Assembly: GCA_964389465.1 (NCBI GenBank)
Contig: CAYMDK010000005.1
Span: forward strand, 22,169 to 86,168
Direction: 5' to 3'
Length of the DNA: 64,000 nucleotides
Source: an uncultured archaeon
Lineage (GTDB): Archaea; Thermoplasmatota; Poseidoniia; MGIII; CG-Epi1
Shown here in pieces: positions 10,614 through 19,510 of the stretch. Positions within the stretch are counted from its first letter, which is position 1. Every line of letters starts with the position of its first letter. The position numbers and the translations under genes were made by a program. The notes under the pieces are model-generated. The model worked only from the letters and a program-made list of their open reading frames with translations, had not been told where the DNA came from and did no database searches.

Positions 10614-11417
10614 TCAGTAGCGCAGCGGCTCATCGGTTTCGTTGTAGACGAAGACTTTTTCTTTCGGAATCCACCGCGCATAAAATTCTCCGTTCTTTCG
10701 GCATAGTCGTTTTTCCCAGTTATTATAATCCGATTCGGAGATTGATTTCCATTCGGTTAATCCCTGCTTAGTATTCACAGCCCGGTAGCTGCCGTCTTCA
10801 CGTTTCACCGGCTTGAAGCCAGGAATGTAAGGTATCATCTTATTAATCGAAGCTGTTTGAATTAGATATTCTTCATCGCTTTCATCTATCAGATAATACA
10901 CATGGTTACGATGAATTCCTATTCGCTCTTTAATATCATATAGCTTGATTATTTCTGCTCTCTTAACTTCCTTTTTCGCCACCATATCATATGAATTGAT
11001 TTCCAAATGGTATAAATCAAAAATATCCCAGTCAGATGTTTTCAAAGTTACTGATTCCTCATTCTCATCAACCACTTCAAAGAAGTGTTCTCTATACTTG
11101 ACGCGATACCGCTCGTAATAATTTTTAATATACTCAACGTCGTTTGTGGGAACTTTCAACCCATAGCGGCTGAGATAACCACTTTCATCGTATATATTGA
11201 ATCTACCATATTTCTCTGCTTTCTCTTTGAAATGAGTTCGAAGAATAAACAGATTATCTTTATGACGACCAGTGGTTGTAAACAGGTCATCTTTGTATCT
11301 GTAAACACTTGAAATCCCTGCTTGGCCTTCCGGGGAATAAGACATTACAATATCTCCATGCCTCACCTCTCGCTCCCCCTTCTTAACCCTTATCGCCTTT
11401 TTATCCGGCGAAGCCAC
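10614..11417 (-). CDS. Orphan 267-aa protein encoded by a low-GC island; no recognisable domain
   Basis: Long uninterrupted ORF with Lys/Tyr/Ile/Asn/Glu-rich composition (..YRYKDDLFTTTGRHKDNLFILRTHFKEKAEKYGRFNIYDESGYL..). The DNA is visibly AT-rich from ~10620 to ~11420, in contrast to GC-rich flanks. No TM segment or signal peptide. Confidence 0.75.
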   Translation of the reverse strand: MASPDKKAIRVKKGEREVRHGDIVMSYSPEGQAGISSVYRYKDDLFTTTGRHKDNLFILRTHFKEKAEKYGRFNIYDESGYLSRYGLKVPTNDVEYIKNYYERYRVKYREHFFEVVDENEESVTLKTSDWDIFDLYHLEINSYDMVAKKEVKRAEIIKLYDIKERIGIHRNHVYYLIDESDEEYLIQTASINKMIPYIPGFKPVKREDGSYRAVNTKQGLTEWKSISESDYNNWEKRLCRKNGEFYARWIPKEKVFVYNETDEPLRY

Positions 11418-11459
11418 CGCGCGCCGGCTACCGTGCGCATAACGGGATTCTGTCCCGAA

Positions 11460-12494
11460 TCAGCAACTGAATCCCGGCTCCAGATGCCCCGTGACCGGGT
11501 CGCCGAAGTCCATCACGCGGCCGGGGTAGTCCTCCTCGCAGACGAGCGCGATAAGGCTGTTCGGCGCCTCGTCGATGATCTGCCACCCCAGCTCGTCGGC
11601 CAGCTCCTGCGCGAACGTTTGCACCTCGGGCCACTCGAGCATGTTGTGCTGGCTGAGCCGCTTGCGCGCCGGGCCGAGGTGCATGTAGCTCTTCACCTCG
11701 ACCATCGTCCGCGCGCCGGTGCGGCGCGCGAGCGCGGCGTAGCCGGGAACGTCGAAATCGTTCCAGTCGCGGACGACGGTCATCCGCAGCACCTTGCGCG
11801 TCTCCAGCCCGTCGAGCAGGTCGAGCGTGCGGGTGACCCGCTCCCAGTAGTCGGGCAGCAGCGGGACGTCAATCTTCTTCCACGTCTTCGCGTCGGGCGC
11901 GTCCATCGAGACGTAGAGCTGTGTCGGCAATGCGTCCTCGTCGCGGAGCCGCTCAATCATCTCCGGGTGCAGGCCGTTCGTCACGAGGAACGATGAGATA
12001 CTGCGCGCGCGCAGCTCGCGCAGCATCTCCGGCAGTCGTTCGTAGAGTGTCGGCTCGCCGGTCAGCGAAATCGCGAAGTGCCGCACCGTCAGCGATTCCT
12101 CGAACTTCTGTCGGTCAATGTTGGGGTTGCCACCAAAGCCGGAGAGCTTGTGCAGGTGCGCCTCGATTGAGCCCTGCACGATGTCGGCCGGGTCGTCCTT
12201 CGCCTGGGTCATCAAGTCCTGCTTGCCCGAGAACATCTCATTGGCACGCCAGCAGTAGACGCACTTCTGGTCGCACGCGACCGCCGCGGGGGTCATCTGC
12301 GTGCACTGGTGCGAGCGGATGCCGTAGAACTTCTGTTTGTAGCACCCCTCCGAGCCGGTGCGCATTCCCTTCTTGGTCCAGCCGCAGATTTCGATGGCCG
12401 AGTGGTTGCCGACGATTTCGTAAGACGCCTTCTCGAGCGCGCGCTTGTATTCGTCGGTGAAGAGCAGGTTGCCGCTATCCGCTGCAGACTGCAT
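11460..12494 (-). CDS. taw1: tRNA 4-demethylwyosine synthase (Taw1/TYW1, radical SAM)
   Basis: CYKQKFYGIRSHQCTQMTPAAVACDQKCVYCWR carries the auxiliary and radical-SAM Cys clusters. Other matches: AISLTGEPTLY and VTNG. Confidence 0.9.
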   Translation of the reverse strand: MQSAADSGNLLFTDEYKRALEKASYEIVGNHSAIEICGWTKKGMRTGSEGCYKQKFYGIRSHQCTQMTPAAVACDQKCVYCWRANEMFSGKQDLMTQAKDDPADIVQGSIEAHLHKLSGFGGNPNIDRQKFEESLTVRHFAISLTGEPTLYERLPEMLRELRARSISSFLVTNGLHPEMIERLRDEDALPTQLYVSMDAPDAKTWKKIDVPLLPDYWERVTRTLDLLDGLETRKVLRMTVVRDWNDFDVPGYAALARRTGARTMVEVKSYMHLGPARKRLSQHNMLEWPEVQTFAQELADELGWQIIDEAPNSLIALVCEEDYPGRVMDFGDPVTGHLEPGFSC

Positions 12495-13216
12495 CAGATG
12501 TCCGAGACTACGCTGACGTCAAGCTCCCAGCCAACCAGTGAGCAGGTCAGAGTATAGTCGAGTGGTTCGTCCTTAATGGGGCTAGGGTTTGCATCATCTT
12601 CGTAGGTAATCACGCCCGAGACCGGTGGCCCCGCCGCCTCGAACGATGCGATAAACTCCGCGACCGTGTTGGCCGAGCCGGAGACGGTTTTGCCCAGCGC
12701 CGTAACGGGAACGGTGATGGTGACCGAGGCGTCGAAGCCAGTCCCTTGCACAGTTTCCGAGAAGTTGCCGCTGGTGACCTGCAACGAAACGGTCGGCTGC
12801 CCGATGTCGACGCTCGAGGTGGAGTCCTGCCACGACAGCGTTACCACCACCTCGACCAGCCGCAGCTCGCCCGCGAAATCCCACTCGCCTTCACCGGCGT
12901 CGACCCCGAACGGCACGCTGTCGCCCTCGTCCTGCAGCGTCCCGCTCTTGCCGGGGCCGGCGGTGTTGTTGGTCGCCACGTCCGCCTCGAAGCCGGTCGT
13001 GCCGCCGCCGATGCCGGAGACCGCGACCGAGTTGGCCGCCGACTGGAACGAAATCGCGAGGATGATGATGATGATTACGAAACCGATGGCGCCCGAGACC
13101 AGCCGGCCGGTTACGGCGAAGGGGAAGCCGCCCGGCAGCTCCAGCCGGCGCAGCTCGCTGTTGTTGTAGCGCTCGAACTGCTTCAGCTTCTCACCCACGG
13201 TGTCGGACAGCGCCAT
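12494..13216 (-). CDS. Hypothetical membrane-anchored extracytoplasmic protein
   Basis: One TM helix (LVSGAIGFVIIIIILAISF) after a ~35-aa N-terminal segment, followed by a Thr/Ser/Gly/Val-rich beta-type domain. The stop overlaps the taw1 start (TGATG at 12494). Confidence 0.65.
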   Translation of the reverse strand: MALSDTVGEKLKQFERYNNSELRRLELPGGFPFAVTGRLVSGAIGFVIIIIILAISFQSAANSVAVSGIGGGTTGFEADVATNNTAGPGKSGTLQDEGDSVPFGVDAGEGEWDFAGELRLVEVVVTLSWQDSTSSVDIGQPTVSLQVTSGNFSETVQGTGFDASVTITVPVTALGKTVSGSANTVAEFIASFEAAGPPVSGVITYEDDANPSPIKDEPLDYTLTCSLVGWELDVSVVSDI

Positions 13217-13256
13217 TGAGACGGCAGTAGTGGTGCGTTATTAGGTTTAAGCCGCT

Positions 13257-16200
13257 CTACGAGCAGCCGGTCGTCGCGCCGCAACCGGTGCACTTGAAGC
13301 AGTTGCCGTTCGGCACCAGCATGAACTGCCCGCAGTCGGGGCACGGGTCGCCCGAGAAGCCCATGCGGACCGCCTCGGCGACTGTCGCCTGCCGCGGGTC
13401 GCCGGTTGCGCCAGGGGTGAGCGGGCCGGGCTCGAGGCTCGAGTCGGCCGGGTTGCCCATGTCATCGAGCGTCATCTGCACTTCGTGCTGGTCGCCCGAC
13501 GCCTCGCCGTGCGGGGAGCGCTTGGCGGACGCTTCATCCAGCTCGTCCTCCGCTACCGAGCGCAGCGCGTCGGGGCGCAAGTCTTCCTCGGTGATGCCGT
13601 GCGCCAGATCGTAGCGGCCGAGGTAGCTGATGGCCAGTTCGCGGAAGATGTAGTCGACAATCGAGGTCGCCATCTTGATGCGCTCGTTGCCCTGCACCGG
13701 GCCGAGCGGCTCGAAGCGCGAGAAGACGAAGGCGTCGACAAACTCCTCGAGCGGGACGCCGTGCTGCAGTCCCAGGCTGATGGCGACCGCGAAGCAGTTC
13801 ATCAGGCTGCGGAAGGCGGCGCCCTCCTTCGCCATGTCGATGAAGATTTCGCCGAGGCTACCATCTTCGTATTCGCCGGTGTGGAGGTAGATGGTGTGGC
13901 CGCCAATCTTTGACTTCTGGATGTACCCCGAACGGCGTTCGGGAAGCCGCCGCCGCTGCGCGATGTAACGCGTCACGACCTTGCGCGCAATCTGGTGCGC
14001 CTCGGGCGTCGGCAGCGCGTCAGCCATGATTTCGACCGCCTTCTCGGCCGAGACCAGCCCTTCCGCCAGCAGCTCCTCCTCATCCTCGGCCAGTGCGACC
14101 GTCAGGCTGCTGCCTGACATCAGCGGCTGGCTCAGCTTGGAGCCGTCACGGTAGAGCGCGATGGACTTGTTCATCGTACGCCACGATTCCTCGTACGCCT
14201 GACTGATTTCGGCGACAGTCGCCTCGTGCGGCATGTTGATGGTCTTCGAGATGGCGCCCGAGATGAACGGCTGCGCCGCCGCCATGATGCGGATATGCGC
14301 GTGCCACGAAATCGAGCGGGTGCCATAAATCCCGCAGCGGTTGGCGCAGTCGAAGACGGCGAGGTGCGCCTCCTTGAAGTGCGGCGCCCCTTCAACCGTC
14401 AGCCGCCCGAAAGTGTAGTCGTCGGCCGCCTGCACCTCTTCCGGCTCGTAGCCCATGTGCTCGAGGAGGTTGAAGCGCAGGTCATTCAGCTGTTCCTGCG
14501 AAACATCCAGCTTTTCGCGGCAGTACTCTTCGCCAACGTGCAGCGGCGTCACCAGCATCTTCAGCGAAGTCGTGGTGGGAATCGCCTGTTCGAGTTGGTC
14601 GACAATCTCGCCCGAGAGTCCCTTGCGCTTGAGCGATTCACGGTTGACGCCCGGCGCTTCCACCAGCGTGCCGTTCCCGAGCACATAGCGGATTATGTCA
14701 TCACGCTGCGCTTCGTCGTACCCGAGCCGTTCTATCGCGAGTGGCACCGACTGGTTGATAATACGCAGCATCCCGCCGCCTGCCAGCGTCTTGAATTTCA
14801 CCAGTGCAAAGTCGGGCTCGATACCGGTGGTATCGCAATCCATCTGCATACCGATGGTGCCGGTCGGCGCAATCACCGTCACCTGCGCGTTGCGGTATCC
14901 GTGCCGTTCGCCCAGCGCGACTGCTTCGTCCCACGCCTCACGGGCGCTGTTGAGCAGGTATTCCGGGCAATACGCGGGGTCAATCGCGAGCGGCTTCACG
15001 GTCAGCCCCTCGTACTCCTCGGCCGCGGCATTGCACGCCGCACGGCGGTGGTTGCGCATCACCCGCAGCATGCAGTCGCGGTTCTGCTCGTAGCGCGGGA
15101 AGGGCCCCTTGACGCGCGCCATCTCGGCCGAGGTTGCGTAGCACGCCCCCCCGAGGATGGCGGTCAGCGAGCCACAAATTGCGAACGCACGCTCGTCGTC
15201 GTAGGGAATCCCCATACGCATCAGTAGCGAGCCAATATTGGCGTATCCGAGGCCGAGGGTGCGGTAGTCGTAGCTACGCTTCGCAATAGCCTCGGACGGG
15301 AACTGCGCCATCAGCACTGAAATTTCGAGCACGATAGTCCAGAGCCGGATGGCGTGCCGGTAATCCTCCAGCCGCATCATCCCCTCGCGCTCGTCATAGA
15401 ACGCGCCAAGGTTGAGCGACGCGAGGTTGCACGCCGTATCGTCAAGGAACATATACTCCGAGCAGGGATTCGACCCGCGAATCGCCCCGTCGGGCGCGCA
15501 GGTGTGCCACTCGTTAATGGTGGTGTCGAACTGGATGCCGGGGTCGGCACAGGACCAGGCGGCCTGCGATATCTGGTCCCAGAGTTCACGCGCCGGCAGG
15601 TTGCGGCACGCCTCGGGCTCGCGCCCCTCGGCTGCCGCCGCCTCAAGCTCGGTGCGCCAATAGAGTTGCCACTCCCCGTCGGAGAGCGCCGCCTCCATGA
15701 ATGCGTTGGAGGCGCGGACCGAGTTATTGCTGTTCTGCCCCGAGACGGTCTGGTAGGCGTCCCCTTCCCATTCGGTGTCGAACGTGGCGATCTCGAGGTG
15801 GGTCCAGCCCTGCCCGCCCAGTTCGAGTACGCGCGCGACCAGTGTCTCGGGGACATGGTCGCGCAGCGCCGAGCGTACCGCGCGCGCCAGCGCCCGGTTC
15901 AGCTGCTGGTCCAGCTTCTCGCCCTCTTCGGGGTGCGCCTCGATGGCGGCCAGGATTTCGTTAGCGTGGTCCTGCAGCTGTCGCGAACCGGCAACCAGCG
16001 CCGCCACTTTCTCTTCCTCGGAGACTTTCCAGTTGATGAACTGCTCGATGTCGGGATGGTCCATGTCGAGGCAGACCATCTTGGCAGCACGACGTGTCGT
16101 GCCGCCCGATTTGATGGCGCCCGCGGCACGGTCACCAATCTTGAGGAACGACATCAACCCTGACGAGCGGCCGCCACCCGAGAGCGGCTCCTCGCCACTA

Positions 16201-16964
16201 CGGATAGAGGAGAAGTTGGAGCCGGTGCCGGAGCCGAACTTGAAGAGCCGCGCCTCACGCGTCCAGAGGTCCATGATGCCGCCCTCGTTCACCAAGTCGT
16301 CGCTCACCGACTGGATGAAGCAGGCGTGCGGCTGCGGGTGCTCGTAGGCATTGGTCGAGCGCTCCAGCGCGCCGCTTTCGGGGTCAACAAAGTGGTGCCC
16401 CTGCGCTGGTCCCTCAATCCCGTAGGCCCAGTTGAGGCCGGTGTTGAACCACTGCGGTGAGTTGGGCGACGCCATCTGTGCCGCCAGCATGTAGCACAAT
16501 TCGTCGTAAAACGCGCGCGCATCCTTCTCGGACACGAAGTAATCGTGTTTCCAGCCCCACCAGGTCCAGGTCCCCGCCAGGCGACGGAACAGCTCCTTCC
16601 CGTCAGTCTCGCCTTTCAGCCGTTTGCCGACGGGCAGCTTTGCCAGCGCCTTCGCATCCGGTGCGGAGCGGCGCAGCCATTTCGGCACGCCCTTCTCCGC
16701 GACCGCCTTCAGCTTGCGCGGGATGCCTGCCTTGCGGAAGTATTTCTGCGCAAGTACGTTGGCGGCGGTCTGGCTGTAACTGGTGGGAAGATTGACGCCG
16801 CGCATCTCGAATGCGGTCGTGCCGTCAAAGTTGCGAATCAGCGTGTCGCGCTTCTTCCAATCCAGCGCGTCGAATGCGTCGGCACCTGCGTCAGTAAAAC
16901 GCCTTTCAATTCCGAGTCCTTCCGGGTTGGCTGGCATCAGGCCACCCCCCAGGGTGGCCGACAT
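13257..16964 (-). CDS. nrdJ: Ribonucleotide reductase, class II, adenosylcobalamin-dependent (long form with C-terminal Cys4 zinc ribbon)
   Basis: GLGIERRFT...[64 protein letters not shown]. The C-terminus is [30 protein letters not shown]. The start is uncertain: ATG at 16964 ([16 protein letters not shown]) is used here. Alternatives are 16937 and the track's 17006, whose extra residues ([14 protein letters not shown]) lie in AT-rich DNA that looks non-coding. Confidence 0.93.
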   Translation of the reverse strand: MSATLGGGLMPANPEGLGIERRFTDAGADAFDALDWKKRDTLIRNFDGTTAFEMRGVNLPTSYSQTAANVLAQKYFRKAGIPRKLKAVAEKGVPKWLRRSAPDAKALAKLPVGKRLKGETDGKELFRRLAGTWTWWGWKHDYFVSEKDARAFYDELCYMLAAQMASPNSPQWFNTGLNWAYGIEGPAQGHHFVDPESGALERSTNAYEHPQPHACFIQSVSDDLVNEGGIMDLWTREARLFKFGSGTGSNFSSIRSGEEPLSGGGRSSGLMSFLKIGDRAAGAIKSGGTTRRAAKMVCLDMDHPDIEQFINWKVSEEEKVAALVAGSRQLQDHANEILAAIEAHPEEGEKLDQQLNRALARAVRSALRDHVPETLVARVLELGGQGWTHLEIATFDTEWEGDAYQTVSGQNSNNSVRASNAFMEAALSDGEWQLYWRTELEAAAAEGREPEACRNLPARELWDQISQAAWSCADPGIQFDTTINEWHTCAPDGAIRGSNPCSEYMFLDDTACNLASLNLGAFYDEREGMMRLEDYRHAIRLWTIVLEISVLMAQFPSEAIAKRSYDYRTLGLGYANIGSLLMRMGIPYDDERAFAICGSLTAILGGACYATSAEMARVKGPFPRYEQNRDCMLRVMRNHRRAACNAAAEEYEGLTVKPLAIDPAYCPEYLLNSAREAWDEAVALGERHGYRNAQVTVIAPTGTIGMQMDCDTTGIEPDFALVKFKTLAGGGMLRIINQSVPLAIERLGYDEAQRDDIIRYVLGNGTLVEAPGVNRESLKRKGLSGEIVDQLEQAIPTTTSLKMLVTPLHVGEEYCREKLDVSQEQLNDLRFNLLEHMGYEPEEVQAADDYTFGRLTVEGAPHFKEAHLAVFDCANRCGIYGTRSISWHAHIRIMAAAQPFISGAISKTINMPHEATVAEISQAYEESWRTMNKSIALYRDGSKLSQPLMSGSSLTVALAEDEEELLAEGLVSAEKAVEIMADALPTPEAHQIARKVVTRYIAQRRRLPERRSGYIQKSKIGGHTIYLHTGEYEDGSLGEIFIDMAKEGAAFRSLMNCFAVAISLGLQHGVPLEEFVDAFVFSRFEPLGPVQGNERIKMATSIVDYIFRELAISYLGRYDLAHGITEEDLRPDALRSVAEDELDEASAKRSPHGEASGDQHEVQMTLDDMGNPADSSLEPGPLTPGATGDPRQATVAEAVRMGFSGDPCPDCGQFMLVPNGNCFKCTGCGATTGCS

Positions 16965-17202
16965 GTAGCATCGTATTTTGTCTTTACAATCATGGGTTCG
17001 GGGCATTCTGGCTACCTGATATAAGCGTTACAGGGAATGATAATTTTGTACTATTCAACAAAATTCGGATGGTGTTCCACTCTTTTTTGCGGTAAAACAG
17101 GGTGGAACCTGCTAAAAACAGGGTAAAGGTTCCACGATTTATGTAGCTAAATGAGCGTGTATTTTCTCTTCGTCAAAATACGTTATAAGTGGCTTTTACG
17201 GG
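16965..17202 (-). promoter_or_regulatory. AT-rich structured upstream/leader region of nrdJ with three GTGGAAC elements
   Basis: GTTCCAC at 17074-17080, GTGGAACC at 17102-17109, GGTTCCAC at 17128-17135. Direct repeat AAAACAGGGT at 17094-17103 and 17115-17124. Hairpin AATTTTGT (17042-17049) paired with ACAAAATT (17058-17065). TATA-like CTTATATC on the minus strand at ~17019-17026. Confidence 0.35.
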
Positions 17203-18006
17203 TCAGCGTCGGACCCCAGTGGTTTCGCGCCAGTCAATGCCGACCGTGCGGCGCCCCAGTTTGCAAACCGGGGGGAAAATACGCTTGTGGATTGAGCGCT
17301 GCACCAGCGCCTGGACGCGGGCTGCATCACCCTCCGAAATGCCGCATGCAGCCATTTTCGCCGGCGATTCCTGCCGCTCCAGCGCCGCCAGCAGCTGGTC
17401 CAGCTGTGTGTACTCCAGCCCCAGCTCGCCTTCGTCGGTCTGCCCCTCCCACAACTCGGCGGTTGGGACGCGTTCGCGGATGGCCTCGGGCACTTCGAGG
17501 GCGGCAGCGAGCAGTCGCACCTGGCTTTTATACAGGTCGCCGAGAGGCAGCAGGTCGGCGCCCCCGTCGCCCCACTTGGTGTAGTAGCCGGTCAGTAGCT
17601 CCGATTTGTTGGACGTCCCCAGTACCAGCGCCCCGCGTTCGGCTGCCGCGCCGTAGAGCAGTGCCATGCGCAGGCGGGCGCGCAGGTTGCCCTGCTGCTC
17701 GCGCGACTCGAAGAAAGGTGCCGCGTCGCCAAACGCGCTTGCCAGCGGCGCGATATCCACCTCGCGTGTCTCGACCGCCAGCGCGGCGGCGTGCGCCGCC
17801 GCCATTCCGGTCGAAACAGTCTCGCCGTGCGGGAGTAGCAGCCCGTGAACCGCCGCGGGCCCGAGCGCCTCGACCGCGATGGCGAGTGCGGTTGCCGAGT
17901 CAATCCCGCCCGAAAGCCCGAGCACCACCCCGCTGGCTTCGGCGTCGGCGACGCGGTGCTGGATGAAGCCGGCGATGATGGCACGACAGTCCTCCGGGAG
18001 GCGCAT
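17203..18006 (-). CDS. nadE: NAD+ synthetase (NadE, synthetase-only form)
   Basis: PP-loop motif VVLGLSGGIDSA, plus GTSNKSELLTGYYTKWGDGGADLLPLGDLYKSQV. There is no fused CN-hydrolase domain. Confidence 0.9.
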   Translation of the reverse strand: MRLPEDCRAIIAGFIQHRVADAEASGVVLGLSGGIDSATALAIAVEALGPAAVHGLLLPHGETVSTGMAAAHAAALAVETREVDIAPLASAFGDAAPFFESREQQGNLRARLRMALLYGAAAERGALVLGTSNKSELLTGYYTKWGDGGADLLPLGDLYKSQVRLLAAALEVPEAIRERVPTAELWEGQTDEGELGLEYTQLDQLLAALERQESPAKMAACGISEGDAARVQALVQRSIHKRIFPPVCKLGRRTVGIDWRETTGVRR

Positions 18007-18075
18007 CGGACGGCGAGGGGGGGCAGGATATGAGGCCGTGGCCCAGCCCTTTTACCGCGCGGCATTTGCGCGCGC

Positions 18076-18861
18076 ATGCAGCTGGCGGTGGCGCAGGCGC
18101 CCGTGGAACTGGGCGATGTCGAGGCGAATCTCGCATCGGCGCGCAAGCTGCTGGAGCAGGCGCAGTCCGCCTGCGACGGCAAGCTGGAGCTGCTGGTGCT
18201 GCCCGAGCTGTTCCTGACCGGCTACCTGCTGCGCGATGACTACGCGCGCGTCGCCGAAGCGGTGCCGGGCGACGGCCCGGCGCAGGCCGGCCTTGCGGCA
18301 CTGGCGGCCGGGAGCGGCGTGCATATCGCCGCGGGGCTGGTCGAGCGCGGGCACGAGAGCCTCTACAACGTCGCGCTGCTGGTTGGCCCTGACGGCTACG
18401 TCGGCCACTACCGCAAGCGCTACCTCCCGAATTTCGGCCCGTTCGAAGAGAAGCTGCACTTCGGCGCCGGCGACGCGGCGCCGGTCTTCGATACGGCGAT
18501 TGGCCGCATTGGGATGCAGGTCTGCTACGACATCTTCTTCCCGGCGCAGTCGCTGGCACTGGCGCACGCGGGAGCCGAACTTATCCTGAACCTCTCGGCC
18601 AGCCCGACGACGTCGCGGCCGCTGTTCCACCGCATGCTCCCCGCGCGCGCCATCGAGACCACCTGCTTCTGGGCGTTCGCCAACAATGTCGGCGTGCAGG
18701 GCTCGCTGACTTTCGGCGGGGAGTCGTGCATCGTCGACCCGCGCGGGCGCTTCGTCAGCGAAGCGCCCGCGCTCGAGCCGGGAGTCGCCGTCGCCGAAAT
18801 CGACCTCGCCACGCTGCCGTCATTCCGCGAGGCTCGTCCGGTGCTGCGCGACGCTCAGTAA
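18076..18861 (+). CDS. Carbon-nitrogen hydrolase (nitrilase superfamily), candidate glutaminase partner of NadE
   Basis: MQLAVAQAPVELGDVEANL..., LVLPELFLTGY, YRKRYLPNF, and GMQVCYDIFFP (catalytic Cys context). Confidence 0.85.
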   Translation: MQLAVAQAPVELGDVEANLASARKLLEQAQSACDGKLELLVLPELFLTGYLLRDDYARVAEAVPGDGPAQAGLAALAAGSGVHIAAGLVERGHESLYNVALLVGPDGYVGHYRKRYLPNFGPFEEKLHFGAGDAAPVFDTAIGRIGMQVCYDIFFPAQSLALAHAGAELILNLSASPTTSRPLFHRMLPARAIETTCFWAFANNVGVQGSLTFGGESCIVDPRGRFVSEAPALEPGVAVAEIDLATLPSFREARPVLRDAQ

Positions 18862-19352
18862 GCGGCCTGGAATTGCGACAGGTCGGCGTTGCACTGCCCG
18901 CACAGGAACATGGGCGAGATGCAGGCGGAGTGGAACTTGATGTTGCAGTGGTTGCAGGTCGCGACATAGCTGCCGGTACGCAGCTCCATCTCGCAATCGG
19001 CGCAGGCAGCCGACGCGAACTCGACTCCCGACTTCTGTTGCTTGAGCTGTTTGCCAGTGCGCGTTGCGCCCCCTTTGACCAGCCCGGCGGCCTGGACGCG
19101 TTTGTGAGCCTTCTTGACTTCTGGCTTCAGGTGTTGCAGCGCCTCAATCAGCTTCTTCTGCCGCACCGCGACGATTTTCTCGATGCGCCCCACAGCGTCC
19201 GATTCGCGCTGGAGTGGCGGCATCTTGCCCATCTCTTCGGCGATATGGTGCAGGCTGGCGCGCTCCTGTTCGACCCACTTCAGCAGCGCTTTCATCAGGT
19301 TGTAACTCCGGATTGCCTCCTTTTTGGTCAGGTGGAGCGGGTCGCGGGTCAT
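18855..19352 (-). CDS. Coiled-coil protein with a C-terminal C4HC3 (PHD/RING-like cross-brace) zinc finger
   Basis: The C-terminus CADCEMELRTGSYVATCNHCNIKFHSACISPMFLCGQCN has spacing C-x2-C-x12-C-x2-C-x4-H-x2-C-x6-C-x2-C. The N-terminal ~110 aa are helical and Lys/Glu-rich. The competing plus-strand ORF 18726..19463 is Arg/Ala low-complexity. Confidence 0.7.
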   Translation of the reverse strand: MTRDPLHLTKKEAIRSYNLMKALLKWVEQERASLHHIAEEMGKMPPLQRESDAVGRIEKIVAVRQKKLIEALQHLKPEVKKAHKRVQAAGLVKGGATRTGKQLKQQKSGVEFASAACADCEMELRTGSYVATCNHCNIKFHSACISPMFLCGQCNADLSQFQAAY

Positions 19353-19510
19353 GCGACCGTCCCCGGGAGGTCTTCAGGAAGTGAGTTGAGTCCGGACACG
19401 GAGCCACTGCATGCCAACTCCTTCCTAAAAAGCATGCGCCTGCTCGCGCAGTACGACTGGTAAAATCGTTTGACAGTCTGCTTTTAACCGCGGCAGGCTG
19501 GCGCCAGTCG

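Noticed and set aside
10513-11459. Low-GC island considered as a complete mobile element (IS, integrated provirus or MITE)
   Set aside because: No transposase, integrase, terminal inverted repeats, target-site duplication or flanking tRNA could be found. Only one ORF and one hairpin are present, so it is reported as an island of unknown origin rather than a mobile element.
13257-17006. Possible intein in the 1249-aa NrdJ ORF, or a cobalamin riboswitch or NrdR boxes upstream of it
   Set aside because: I found no intein splice-junction blocks (N-terminal Cys/Ser with a C-terminal His-Asn-Cys/Ser/Thr, or endonuclease motifs). The length is within the range of long-form NrdJ with N- and C-terminal extensions. 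The upstream region is AT-rich and lacks a recognisable GC-rich B12-box core or the 16-bp NrdR palindrome. An Rfam scan would be decisive.
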